Notes under the pieces: generated by a model
Told to the model about the DNA's origin: nothing
The model's database searches: none
What the model saw: only the letters and a program-made list of their open reading frames with translations
Assembly (NCBI RefSeq): GCF_001194135.2
Contig: NC_068981.1
Span: forward strand, 121,416,659 to 121,480,005
Origin: Octopus bimaculoides
Taxonomy: Eukaryota
DNA length: 63,347 nucleotides
Reading direction: 5' to 3'
In this document: piece after piece, positions 1 through 13,242 of the stretch
How positions within the stretch are numbered: position 1 is the stretch's first letter
Layout of the letters: every line of letters begins with the position of its first letter
Program-made: the position numbers and the translations under genes

Positions 1-32
<32 letters not shown>

Positions 33-626
33 CTTGCAAGTATATATATGAGTGTATATGTGTGTGTGGCTGTTTGTGAGTGTGTAAGTGTAATACATAT
101 ATATATACGTACATATATTACTGTACACACACAGAGTGACAAATCACACAGACAAACTAACATACGCACAGATACTTGTATATGTGTAACTACAGGATTA
201 GCTTGGGGGTAATATCATGAATTTTAAAGTGTGAACGCAGTGGTTGTCTAAGAATTGTTGTGACTGTAAGATATGTGAAGATGAACTTTCTCATTCTCTC
301 TATTACAACCATGCAATACCATTTCATAAATAGAAAATTACATAAGAAACCTAAAATACTCGAAGGTAGAATAAAATGAGAAACGTTAATGTTGTCTGAA
401 ATTCCTATTTGAAAATACCAAATATCGAACATCCTTCTATTAATATGATTACCTTTTTGTTTCTTCGGCTTATATTAGTAGATTACAACTCCATAATCAC
501 GAATTGCATCATTATCGTTGTAGCTGTTGTCCTCTTATTCTTCTTCCACTTCCTTGCCCTCCTCATCATCGTTGCTGCCGTCGTCATCGTGTTCAGCACA
601 TTTGTTGCCATCGTGGACATCGTCGA

Positions 627-683
627 CGACAGTCCTTCCTCCTCCTCCTCCTCCTCCTCCTCCTCCTCCTCCTCCTCCTCCTC

Positions 684-716
<33 letters not shown>

Positions 717-740
717 TTCGTCGTCGTCGTCGTCGTCTTC
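627..740. repeat. (TCC)n/(TCG)n compound trinucleotide microsatellite
   Basis: Read directly; explains the poly-S/P/R/L ORFs at 409-1002. Confidence 0.95.
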
Positions 741-2624
741 ATCACCGTCGTCACTGTTGTTGTCCCAGTCGTCATCGTCATACTCCTCTCTTCCACTTCA
801 AGATCCTCCTTTTCCTTCTCTTCATTCTCGCCCCCCACTATCTTTGCCATCTCCTCCCTCTCCTGCTCCTCCTTCTCCTGCTCCTCCCTCTCCTGCTCCT
901 TCCTCTCCTGCACCTCCTCATCGCCATTATGTTTGCCGTCGTTGGCAAGCTAATTTGCTGAAAAGAATGTGTCATTCATTGGACTCACTGGGTTTATATT
1001 AGTATTTCACTTTTCTATCTGAATAAGAATATAGTTGATAACTACATAAATTACGATATGTATGTAGTGTTCATTTCTTACACTAACCTGTTAGTAATCC
1101 TGTGACGACCAGAATCTATGGATATACCGCATCGTGAATTTTAGTATTGATAAATACAGTACTCTATTAAAACACTGAAAATGACCTCAAATAATTACTA
1201 ACATATCACTTTTATTTTTATTCTAGCTTAGAAGGTGCACTCCTTGCGAAATCCTGAGGTAGCTGCTGTGGAGGGCTAATTGGGCGTGCGGCCCAAAACT
1301 AAGTGAGCTAAAGAGCATGGCTATAATACATCTATAATGACTGTATGCGCCGCTGGTGTTTAATCAGAAGTTAACGACGGATAAGAATTAATACTGTAAT
1401 GCAATCATTCTATTGTTCCAATCCCAATTTGAACTCCGTTGGCCGATTTGTCCCAAAGTTCTTATGTCGACGTAAAATTAACGAAGCGAATGTCACTTCT
1501 CTCCCCTTGATCTCTGACGTCATCTGACAGACGCCAACCAAGATGGTGTGAATCAGCCAAGCTTTATCTGCAAGAAATAGGAACCCAAATGCTTTAAAAT
1601 CAGATCCTAATGCCAGCTGTTCAAGAACCAAATGAAGAACAGATTTTTAATCCCTGGATCATCCTGACTCTAAAAATATATAATATGTTTATGTAGAGCA
1701 AATATAGGCTGTGATATTGGGGTCTCAGACAGACAGAATTTCACGTTTATTAATGTATAAGTCTCAAACAAAATTTCGTATAAGGTGAAGAAGGTGAAGA
1801 CAGATCATAAAATCACAGAAATACAAGATAACATTTATTAGAAAGGCAACAAAACTACCAATAGTATAGTAATTATCAGTATAGCAATAATAAAGGAGTA
1901 CTGTTTATGGTACAAAAGCAAGCGCCCGAGCTAAGCTAGAACACCAAGTTAGCTGCTGAGTTGAAAACATTATGGTAGCTACATCATTTCTGCTTAAATG
2001 TAAACCGCGTTTTAAGTACTTATATTATCTTATTAGTGCGCAATAAATAAAGCAATCACTCAGTCAAACATACAATAAATGTCGCTGAAAACACAAAGCC
2101 AGTTTTTCTATTCGGAATTATCTCATTTGCAATAAAGCCATCTGTTTGTAATCTAGGAGTTCATGTAAAACCTGTGTACGCTTGGAGCAAATAAACATAT
2201 TTCTCAGTAATGCCATACAAGCCATGTCGAAGATGCAGCAGTTGGTAAGACATCGACAACAGTATTAAATAATAATAATTTTGAAACTATGATACTCGTA
2301 CATGTTGATACTCGTACTGTTGATGGAATTAATATAATTTTCAAGTGTGAGTAGAGTATTTACACTGCAGTAAATTGACTATAAAAATGTATAGAAAGTA
2401 ACCTGCATCATTCTACATGGATGTTGCTGCACACAGTCACATTAAACTATAGCAATAACTTGATTAGCAAAAGTAATATGTTCCACGTTTTTTTAAATTC
2501 TAGTATTAGAAACTTTCTTATCACAGGAAGGTAAAATATTTTTTCTGCAGATAAGATTTTCAAATTATTGAAAGAACAAATGCCTTTTTTAAATTATAAT
2601 AAACCTATAACAATGCACCTACAT

Positions 2625-2643
2625 ATGTATGTATGTATGTATG

Positions 2644-2676
<33 letters not shown>

Positions 2677-2733
2677 GTGTGTGTGCACGTGTGTTTGTGT
2701 GTGTGTTTGTTTGCATGTGTATGTGTGTGTGTG

Positions 2734-2822
<89 letters not shown>
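2625..2822. repeat. (TATG)n/(TG)n microsatellite
   Basis: Read directly. Confidence 0.95.
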
Positions 2823-2823
<1 letters not shown>

Positions 2824-5206
2824 TATGAACAAAATTATATAATTCAATAATTATAATTCAAATTGCATACAGAAATATTGTTGAAACAATATTACATGTA
2901 CTTTCCTAAAGACATATAAACACATTCTTCACTTTATGAAACATGCAAGATCTATAAAGCAATAGATATAGAGTAGAACTTTTGTTACATGTGCATTTTT
3001 ATAAATTAGGCATCAAAAATTGGTTGATTTGCTCTCTTACGAACCTCTACTTTTTCCACTTAACAATATATAACGTTCGATCACTTTTGGAAAGTTGTTG
3101 TAAAGCACAACATACATTCATAAGGATTTTTGATACGGTCTCTGTTCCTAAAAACAGTTGTGGATTAGTTTCACCTTCACCATCTGAACTCCTAGTAGTT
3201 ATCATCCGCAAGCCACAAAATCTGAATATTTCTTCATCAACTTCTTTAACTTCCACTTCATACGCCACTCATGCAAAACAGCGTTACTATTTATGCTTAG
3301 TATGTTTAATTCTCACCCCGAGGGCTTTCTTTAATAACATCTAGATACAGTTTTTTTTTGTCAACATACACCCAATTAGAGGTATGTTTGTTTTTATCCC
3401 TTTTATGTCGTCTTTCTAGAATCTTTTGACAGATTAACATTTCCTATAAATCATTTTAATCTGACTTCCAGTTTTAAGACGATATGGCTTGTAAACGTAA
3501 ATAACTCACAAATTATACTATAGTGTGGATGTTATGCTCTATGGAATGAAATACATGAGTATGTATTAAGAGTACGGTTACATTTGAATGATATAGGAAC
3601 TGTAATTTTCATACGTTTCAAAAAGAATCTAACCTGAAATGCGACCGTCTACTTGTAATAGCATTGCATAAACCTATATTATTTAACGAATTTTATTGTT
3701 ACACCGGAAATTTTTGTCGAATATACAGTGATAAAAATGTTGGCTTGAACGTCTTTCTGCTGTAGTATCTGGGTCACTTTTATTGAACATTAATCAACTC
3801 TGGAAACCGGCTCTCTTTTATGAAAATAGGGTCGTATGGTTTGAAAGTGAATTGGCTCCTAGTTATAACAGGCTCCACAGTTGGCTCTTTTATGAACATA
3901 TAAATTGATTCAGTGCATTTTCACAAAGACGATCCCAATTTTTCTCAACGTTACGCTTGTGAAGAGTTAAGCCTTCTCTGATTAAACAATGTGCATTACT
4001 GATTCAGGTTTTCCGAATCCTGTAAATATTATACTTTATTAGAAACATTTATTGGTTTCTTAATTAGTTTCGAAAGCAGGCATTTCATGGGGGATATGAC
4101 TGACATTTTGCGATATTAATGCCTTTGTAAAATTCATTAGTGATTTAAATAAAATGAATAAGCTTCAAGCGGATATCACAGTCACGTTGTTGTCTCGAAT
4201 TTCCATTTACAAAAATATCAGACTTTAAACAGTTGATAATTATGCGTGTTTAATTTAGTAGATGAGATATATTGGAATTAGTAATGCTTATTATATGTTT
4301 CTGTTGGGAAAAGGTGTTGAAATAATACTGTTGAAATGAAAAGAAAGACGGAAAAACTAACAACATTCCTAGAAGTAAAAAAGCGGTAGTAAACTGAAAT
4401 AATATTTGAACTTCCAGGTAAAATTGTTCACTTGGCGTTAAACGATCGACATTCTAACCAAGTTTCGTTTCTTACTAACTTCATAAACTATAACATATAT
4501 AATACCAAATAATATAATCTACACTATATCTTACTTGTCTTCACTTAATAATTACATTCTCTGCAATATATTCTAAGTTAAGATGAATACGCAACGAAAG
4601 TACGTCTGTTGAGTTATATACGCATTTCCGCCTTGAGAATAAAATTGTCTACTTCAGAGGAAAACTAAAAGAAAAAAAAAACTTTTTAAAAATCGTATTT
4701 TCATATTTAAAGATTCTGGTTTTAACTTGAATAATATATAAATTTCATAAATTTCTAACATTCAGCAAATAATCTAAATTAATTCAGATTTATTTTTTAA
4801 GTGAATTTTCTCCTATATTGAGATTTCATTAAAGCATCTAAAAAAATATATGTATAGTGAATGTATATGTGCACACGTATATATATCTATATAGATATAT
4901 GTGTATGTATAACTGTGTGCATGTGAGTATATGTGTGTGTGTCTACACACGCGCGCATCACCCCACATATATATGTTCAAATACATATACACATACACTC
5001 AAGAACACGCCCATTTACCAACACGTACACACATATATGCACACATACATATATATTGATTATTGCCATGGCGTAATGGGTGTTATAAGAAATAGTAATA
5101 GATAGTAGACTGCTTTATTCTTCATGAATAATATTACTAGCAAAACGTGTGTTATATATTTGTTTTTTAATATTTGTATAAGCATAGAAATTTTTTACTA
5201 AAATAG

Positions 5207-5273
<67 letters not shown>

Positions 5274-5668
5274 TATATACTAGATACAATGTTCAGTTTT
5301 CTTACTAGGATTAGGATGAGAAATTATTATATGATCGTTATCAACATTTTCGTAAATATTTAAAATGTTTAAATGTTCTCGAATAGTGCAACTTTTTTTC
5401 AACAGGATTCAATATACACGGTTCTAATTTTGGATGGGAAATATATACACATTATTAATATCTGAATTAATATTTAAATAATTTAGTATTCTTAAACAGA
5501 AAAGAACCTTTTAACAACGAGCAATATTCCAAGTCTAATTTGGATGAAAATGTACATGTAGCGCGATATTATATATATAGTAATTTAAACTATGTTGAGT
5601 TTAGTAAGCAGAGACGATGAAAGTACTCATCTGGAATTTATTTTACCAATATTTCTGGGTTTGTTAAG

Positions 5669-5755
5669 TGCCATTTAAACGAAACGAAGGATTATGTTGT
5701 CCCGATGAAAGAATGTTCACAAGGCCTCTGTCCATACAGTCAGCAAATATCACGC
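5669..5755 (+). CDS. Candidate internal exon, CHLNETKDYVVPMKECSQGLCPYSQQISR, product unknown
   Basis: ttgttaag acceptor, GC|gtaagt donor, 87 nt open in phase 0-0; no recognised family. Confidence 0.25.
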
Positions 5756-6045
5756 GTAAGTTTGCTTCTTTGAAGCTGTAATGAACACCATGTAAGTAAA
5801 TAGTAATAATTTGAATTTTCCGTTGTAGTTTTGAAGTTGCTGTTGTTGATGTTGTCAATTATGCATGTTGGTAAAATATTTAGCTTTCAGCATTCTCTCG
5901 TGTCACTCATGGAACTGTGGACATACTGGGGATCCGCATTGAAAGGCAGAGTCGAATAAATCCCTCCATTGGTGAAACATTGCATTACGCAGATGTAAAC
6001 AAACCAAAACCGATTGCCATATTGAGATAGGAGAAGAACAAACAT

Positions 6046-6082
<37 letters not shown>

Positions 6083-6409
6083 CATACATACATACATACA
6101 AATATATATATGTATGTATGTCAAATGTCGTATAAGCTCTCACAGACAGTACCTGCCAAAACAAAAAACAAAAAATCCAGCAGAAACGGGAAAATTTCAG
6201 CAACGCTGCGTGATAGTGGTGTCAGACGTGGCATGCAGACACTGCGTTTGAGATTGTTTGCTATTGCTTGCTTGACATTGCGTTTTTATTCTTCTCTTTA
6301 TTTTGACTTGCACATTGCGTTCTTTTCTTCTTTTTTTCTTTTCCGTTCATACAATTTAGTGTGCACATGCGTATTGCGCATTCATACTTCTTTTTCCCAT
6401 TCCAACTCA

Positions 6410-7265
6410 CAACCATTTACAGATCACAACCATCTCACGATTCGTGATATTACATTAAACTTCGAAGTGTGTACATTTGCAATCCAAGAGCAGGAGATTA
6501 CTACTAAATACCAAATCAACCAAAGAGACTGTGAAGCCCATGGAATTCCAAGATGCAACCGAAAATATAGATTATGTCTTATTTCTGTTGAAGATATCAC
6601 ACATGTGATTAGCAGCTGTCCAAAAAATATATCAAGGAATTACCTTCCTCTGCCACACAATGTTTCTGCAAAAAGAAACAAAAAGAAAATTAAATGTCAT
6701 CATGAATGGCCTGGTATGCATATAGAAAATCCCCCTCTTGTTGAATATGCGCACAAATATCAAGACATGGAATACTGGTTGAACATTTCCATCAAAACAT
6801 CTGTCAAGTGGAAAGCATAACACGCCGGATATTGTTTGGGAAAGACAAGAAAAAATATGTATCGTCACTGACTTTAGCTGTCCTGCTGATGTGAATATCA
6901 CTTTGAAAATCAAAAAGAAAGGGAATAACTATGTACAGCTGTTTCGAAACATCCAGGTTCTATAACCAGATTGCCAGTCTACTATTATAACAATAATATT
7001 TGGTGTACTTCGTTTGTGAGTAAATGCCTAAATGACAGTCTGGATACGCTTTGAATTCTCAGAAAAAGAAACGAATCCACTAACTCGTGCATTGCAAATA
7101 CAATCTGTAAGTGGTGCAGTAAAAATATGGAAGTCTATTCTTAAGTTGAAAATGTGGCATTGTCTTCGTCATCTACATTGCAACAACAGAGTTTTGTATC
7201 TTTGTTCGTTCGAAGGCGACTCCTTCCTCAAAGGAAGTATTTAAATTGAATACCGGCGAGAACCA
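6410..7265 (+). mobile_element. 3' fragment of RLE-type non-LTR retrotransposon (R4/Dong- or CRE-like), decayed
   Basis: AIQEQEITTK, zinc knuckle remnant (RLC..VEDITHVISSCP), degenerate RLE region, C-terminal RALQIQSVSGAVKI; stops and frameshifts. Confidence 0.8.
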
Positions 7266-7692
7266 TATATATANNNNNNNNNNNNNNNNNNNNNNNNNNN
7301 NNNNNNNNNNNNNNNNNNNNNNNNNNNNNNNNNNNNNNNNNNNNNNNNNNNNNNNNNNNNNNNNNNNNNNNNNNNNNNNNNNNNNNNNNNNNNNNNNNNN
7401 NNNNNNNNNNNNNNNNNNNNNNNNNNNNNNNNNNNNNNNNNNNNNNNNNNNNNNNNNNNNNNNNNNNNNNNNNNNNNNNNNNNNNNNNNNNNNNNNNNNN
7501 NNNNNNNNNNNNNNNNNNNNNNNNNNNNNNNNNNNNNNNNNNNNNNNNNNNNNNNNNNNNNNNNNNNNNNNNNNNNNNNNNNNNNNNNNNNNNNNNNNNN
7601 NNNNNTGAAAATATATGGAAGACATATATAAAAGAGGGGAAGAGAAATGTCTTCATTTCACATAGTTTTAATATCTTTTTATAAAAAATATA

Positions 7693-8087
7693 TAGGCGTA
7701 GGAGTGGCTATGTGGTAAGTAGCTTGCTTACCAACCACATGGTCCCGGGTTCAGTCCCACTGCGTGGCATCTTGGGCAAGTGTCTTCTACTATAGCCTCG
7801 GGCCGACCAAAGCCTTGTGAGTGGATTTGGTAGACGGAAACTGAAAGAAGCCCGTCGTATATATGTATATGTGTATATATATATATATGTGTGTGTGTGT
7901 TTGTGTGTCTGTGTTTGTCCCCCCAACATCGCTTGACAACCGATGCTGGTGTGTTTATATCATAGTAACTTAGTACTAGGCTTCCAAAGAATAAGTCCTG
8001 GGGTCGATTTGCTCGACTAAAGGTGGTGCTCCAGCTTGGCCGCAATCAAAAGACTGAAACAAGTAAAAGAGTAAAAGAGTAAAAGAG
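7693..8087 (+). mobile_element. tRNA-derived SINE, family A (internal TA/TG microsatellite, (TAAAAGAG)n tail)
   Basis: A-box-like TGGCTATGTGG, B-box-like GGTTCAGTCCC; homologous copies at 10387, 27621, 33984, 62785. Confidence 0.9.
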
Positions 8088-8636
8088 TATACGTATTTTA
8101 TGGATGGCAAACGTCTCATAAAATGTAATGATATCCAACCAGTTTCGCTATTTAAAGTAGCTTTTCAAGGGAGATTGTGAAGTGAAAATTCCTTGAAACA
8201 AGGGATCATGCCATTTTGGATTCCTGAAGAAGTAAAAATGAGTGGAGAGAGTAGATAAAGTGAGGCAACAGGTGGCAAATTGTGTAAAAGGAAATTGAAA
8301 TTAAAATTGAAATGTACAAAAAGTCTCTTTCAGTTTATAATATATACCAGAGGTATGTTTATCTGTGCATTTGTGTGTAATTTATAATACTAGTTCTTCA
8401 TTTTGTCAATATTGAATTATTATACACAAAGGAAAAATCCTTGGTCAATATAATGTAATATAAATTAAATAAGCCAAAGAAATACGTATATATATTGGCC
8501 AATAAATTGAGTGAAAGTGTTACAATTCATGTTCATATTTTCAGTTTTTATATTTTTATTTATCATTATTTGAAGGAATGTGTAGGGAGCAGGTGGTCAA
8601 GTTTGTATATTAAGGTGTGGTCCCGTGCTTTTGTAA

Positions 8637-8786
8637 ATACGACGGCCTTTTTTTAGTTTCCCTCTAATCAAATCTAATTATGAGGCTTTGATCATCCTGG
8701 TCCTAGCTGCCATGCAGTGATACTGAACCCAGAACTATGTGGTCAGTAAAGAAACTTCTTACCTCTCAGCCACATCTGTGCCTATA
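8637..8786 (-). mobile_element. SINE family A, diverged 5' part
   Basis: Reverse-complement similarity to 7693-7860. Confidence 0.7.
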
Positions 8787-8817
8787 TACAATGTTATTTT
8801 TACGTAGCTGGTTTAGA

Positions 8818-9035
8818 CTTCCAACTGGTAGAATTGTTAGCACGCTGGATAAAAATGCATGGCGGCATCTAGTGCGTGTTAAGATTCTGAGTTCAAATTC
8901 AACTGATGTCGTCTTTGCTTTTCCTCCTGGGATCGATATAATAAGGCAACATTTGAGCATGTTAGTTGATGTAATCTCGATTAGTACCTGCCCATAAAAT
9001 TCCAGGCTTTGTGCCTATATTAGAAAGGATTATTA
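8818..9035 (+). mobile_element. tRNA-derived SINE, family B (Nin/Deu-like central domain), diverged
   Basis: B box GAGTTCAAATTC, tail ctttgtgcctatattagaaaggattatt; matches 21613-21830. Confidence 0.8.
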
Positions 9036-10386
9036 TGTAGCTAGTTGCTGTAAATGTAACAAATATTGTCTTCCATAATCTGTGAATTTTTAGACTTGCT
9101 TAATATTTCCCCCCTTTTTTTTATTAGAGGATCTAATATGTACTGTTATTCAACATATCAATGTTGTTTCTCTCATTTCATCGAATTATCCCTGATTTTG
9201 TTTCCACATTATATTTCTCTGCCACAAGTTTCTTCTTTACAAACGTTTTTTTTTTTAGTTTACTGCATTAATATATATTGTTTGATTGATATAAACATTA
9301 AGATATGGATATTCTTTCCTACCTCTTAGTGACGACATATTCGAAGATCATGCCTCAGTATTTATACATGCACTGTGTAAAATTCAAACGTTAATCGAAG
9401 AAACTTTAAACTTTAAAAAATATATATTCATTACTCATTTCAATTGAGTGAACAGATGAATTACTGGAAAAAGAAGAAAAAAACTCTTTACTTCATATAT
9501 AGATTTACGAGTCTTATATTAACTTTCACTTATGAGGATTTATAGGTGAATTTTGAGGTAGAAAAGTTACGTAAAGCATAGTATAAAGCATAAAGTGTTA
9601 TATTTTGTTCTTATCTTCAATTTTTATATGGTTGAATTTATTCATTCAAAATTTAAAGTTTGACTGCAGAAATAAAATACACCTGCTGGTTAATATTCGT
9701 TTAATCAGCTAAAATATGTTAAAGTTACATTTATCACACATTGCTGTTTATTTAGATATGAATGAAAATGCCTTTTTATTTACCCCCCACTTCTCATTAT
9801 TTTCATGATATTTTTACCAACGCAGGAATAACCTTTTTAAAAATATGTAACTGATGAAGCGGAACGATGTAGAAGGGAATGTATCCTACGGTCCGATGAC
9901 GTTACTCACAGTCCAAAATAGAGTATGCAGTTTTTCAAGTCTATATTGGAGAATTTATCACTTGGGATTATTCCTGCTGCAAAAGGTCTTATCACATCTT
10001 ATTACACTCGAACGTACAAGACATTTATTTGCAGGCATATATCTTATCCAACATTGTTTCGTGCGCTTTATTTGGTTGATTCTAGCTTAACATCATCAAT
10101 AATTCCGTTTGCTGTTTTTATAAGTAAAATTTTATACTTATCAGGCTCTAGGTGATGAGTTGGTTTTCATAGCTCACGAAGCGGACCTACGCAGAAACGT
10201 ATGAGTCGTATAGTCTAATGACGTCACTCACAGCGGAAAATGAAAATGTGTATGTACTATCCGGATAATTTTCTTCCGTGGCTATTCCTGCCGCGAAAGT
10301 TATCTCTGACAATTACTTTAAAATGAGCTAAATATGACGTTACTGGAATATGTTTTATTCGACGTTGTTCCATGCAATATTCTTTT

Positions 10387-10784
10387 GTAGTGGCTGTGTG
10401 GTAAGTAGCTTGCTTACCAACCACATGGTTCCGGGTTCATTCCCACTGCGTGGCATCTTGGGCGAGTGCCTTCTACTATAGCCTCGGGCTGACCAAAGCC
10501 TTGTGAGTGGATTTGGTAGACGGAAACTGAAAGAAGACTGTCGTATATATGTATATATATGTATGTGTGTATATGTTTGTGTGTCTGTGTTTGTCCCCCC
10601 AACATTGCTTGACAACCGATGGTGGTGTGTTTACGTCCCCGTAACTTAGCGGTTCGGCAAAGAGACCGATAAAATAAGTACTAGGCTTACAAGGAATAAG
10701 TCCTAGGGCCGATTTGCTCGACTATAGGCGGTGCTCCAGCATGGCCACAGTCAAATGACTGAAACAAATAAAAGAGTAAAAGAG
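10387..10784 (+). mobile_element. SINE family A
   Basis: High similarity to 7693-8087; retains a central segment deleted in that copy. Confidence 0.9.
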
Positions 10785-12620
10785 TTATAATTGTAGTAGA
10801 AGCGCGCGCACACTAACGCACGCACACACACATACACACGCATGTACGCACGCATGCACAAACTTATATTAAAAGTTTCAAATAAAACAATATATTGCTG
10901 GCATATATAATTTTGTTGTATCACTTTATACTGATGTCATGTGACATGAGCCACTACTGTATGCATAGTCGATGATATGAGATAGACAAGAACTGTTAGT
11001 TTTCTTTTTCCGTCAATTCTTTCCCAAATTAAAGTAGATATATTAAATGTTTCTTTTCTTTCTACAACTGCTTTGAAGGGTGACAGAGTGATTGGATGCA
11101 TTATCACCTCAGGCAGTAGACAACGCCCTCTGTTTACAGCTTGGGCCATTCTGAAGCATATCTTGCTTTGCTGAAGATATCGGGATCCCTTTCTGATGTC
11201 TTTACTAGGGTCGAGTTAATAACAGATAATTCGTTTTAGAATAAAGATGATCTGCTGCTGGGATTACAATTCATTTTCATATTGGAAATATATAATTTTT
11301 ATGAAACAACAACAATTATGATTCAAAATAGAGCCCGGCTTTGTTATACTAAGATTATTTGAAAGCAAAGAATTGATGAACAAATATGTCTAACCTCGAA
11401 TAACATTCCAATTATGTTGTAAAATAACATTTATTTGTACTTAAAAAATATTGTGACCTAAAATATCCATACTTTGAGTTTCACTTATGAAGAATATTCT
11501 GGAAATATTTCAGTTAAATTTTTGGAGAGATCGCTTTAGTAAAAATTAGCTTCTCGGTCGCTAAAAGCTGATTTTTGGTTGTTGGTATTCCCTTGGAGTT
11601 ACTTCCTTAATGGTTCTGGAAAGGATTCAGGTATCACATAATATCGTCATTTTCTTTTGGCAGTAAAAAAAGCAAGTGTGTTTATATTTCAGAAATCAAT
11701 ACTTGCACATGATAGCAATGCTACATCCACTCGTTACTGTTATTATCAGAGAACTAGATCTTCTTTCTGCAATGCTAGTTTGTTACTCACATCTGATACT
11801 GAATTTCGAAAACAAATCAACCTTCATTAAATTACTATGATACTGTTAAAAGTAATTACAAAGACATACTGTTATTACTGCTAGGCTTGTTACTACTAAA
11901 CAAGTCTTCGTATCAAAGTAGCTCTGCAAGGCTTATTAACATTGACTTTGTGTACTGTAGCAATATATGTAACTGTGGGGCTGTTACTACATGTGTATCA
12001 GTATCTTTTTTCTAGTTAATGAGAATATAACATTAGTCCCGGTTCGTGTTCTATATATCTCTTTTATGAAGTAGTTTCTTACTGATTCCGCCTCTTCTAC
12101 GTCTCCAGCATAGAAATATCTCAAATACATTTCCCTAAGTAAAGCTAAGTAGTGTTATGTCTAAAAATGCCTGGGTAGATAATAATATTTCCGTTTCCCA
12201 GTTCGCTTGCATCCGCTTAACATCTTTGCTTCAGATAACACAAACGGAATACACAATAGCTATGTGCCAGTCCCTCGACTGAAATATTAGTGGAGACAAA
12301 TGTATTTTCCAAAGTCAATTCAGCAACAGCGGGATATCTGCTACAGTCACGAACCACCAAACGGACTTTTGTGCAGTTTTTCAGAATGCTAGAAATGGAA
12401 GTCGGTTTTCTATTGAACCATAGCTTATCACACACAGAAAAGGAAGAAGGCCACATAAGATAATATAGACATTCCCATTTAAAAAGTGGAAATGGTCATA
12501 AAATTGATCATATGCATTGATCATATTCCTATATTTTCAAAGATGACATGTGGTTAAAAAAGAGCCAAATGTAGACATGTAACTCATATACTGTATTCAA
12601 AAACGGAGATTCTTGATACT

Positions 12621-12811
12621 AATATTGATTCAAATTTTGGCACAAGACCAGAAATTTTGGGGCAGTGGGTAAGTCGATTAGTACTCTAGTACTCAACTGT
12701 TACATATTTTATCGATCCTAATTACGAACAGCAAAGTTGACCTCGGTGGAATTTGAACTCAGAACAGACGAAATGCTGCTAATGATTTCAGCCGGCGTGC
12801 TATCTCGCCCT
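12621..12811 (-). mobile_element. SINE family B, diverged
   Basis: ttgacctcggtggaatttgaactcagaac core. Confidence 0.8.
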
Positions 12812-13242
12812 CTTTCTTGACAGCAATATTAGAGTCATATCTAGCGAAAAGTCTAGGATTCATTTACTGTTAATCTTTTCTCAAAGAAAGGAGTAACCAA
12901 ATTAACTCTAACCAGCTGCATATTCTGACTGGCACTGTCAAATATATATATATATANNNNNNNNNNNNNNNNNNNNNNNNNNNNNNNNNNNNNNNNNNNN
13001 NNNNNNNNNNNNNNNNNNNNNNNNNNNNNNNNNNNNNNNNNNNNNNNNNNNNNNNNNNNNNNNNNNNNNNNNNNNNNNNNNNNNNNNNNNNNNNNNNNNN
13101 NNNNNNNNNNNNNNNNNNNNNNNNNNNNNNNNNNNNNNNNNNNNNNNNNNNNNNNNNNNNNATATATATATGTATATATATTTCGCTTTTGGATTTGGTT
13201 TGCAAGATTCTTTATGCGAGTTTGTGTTGAAGCATATTCTTT

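Noticed and set aside
409-1002. Long poly-Ser/Pro/Arg/Leu ORFs
   Set aside because: Produced by TCC/TCG microsatellites in several frames at once; no splice or domain support
1449-1465. 17-bp exact match gaactttgggacaaatc to 24717 on the opposite strand
   Set aside because: About one such match is expected by chance at this window size; flanks barely align
1410-1570. Minus-strand DKAWLIHTILVG...GREVTFASLILRRHKNFGT with a loose resemblance to the SAC/FIG4 phosphatase motif
   Set aside because: Needs several gaps, runs into a stop with no donor, and no other SAC exon is visible; could be an unrelated terminal exon
6237-6385. Four loose acattgcgtt motifs
   Set aside because: Irregular spacing and low complexity; not CRISPR-like and no supportable function
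7708-8045. Recurrent ORFs such as RLPNPLTRLWSARGYSRRHLPKMP
   Set aside because: Antisense translations of SINE family A, repeated at each copy
10219-10226. TGACGTCA CRE-like site suggesting a promoter
   Set aside because: Lies inside the decayed tandem repeat; single 8-mers also occur near 1516 and 15376
12217-12456. RLVVRDCSRYPAVAELTLEN resembling a pogo/Tigger DDE segment
   Set aside because: One short motif only, catalytic residues not retained, no TIRs seen
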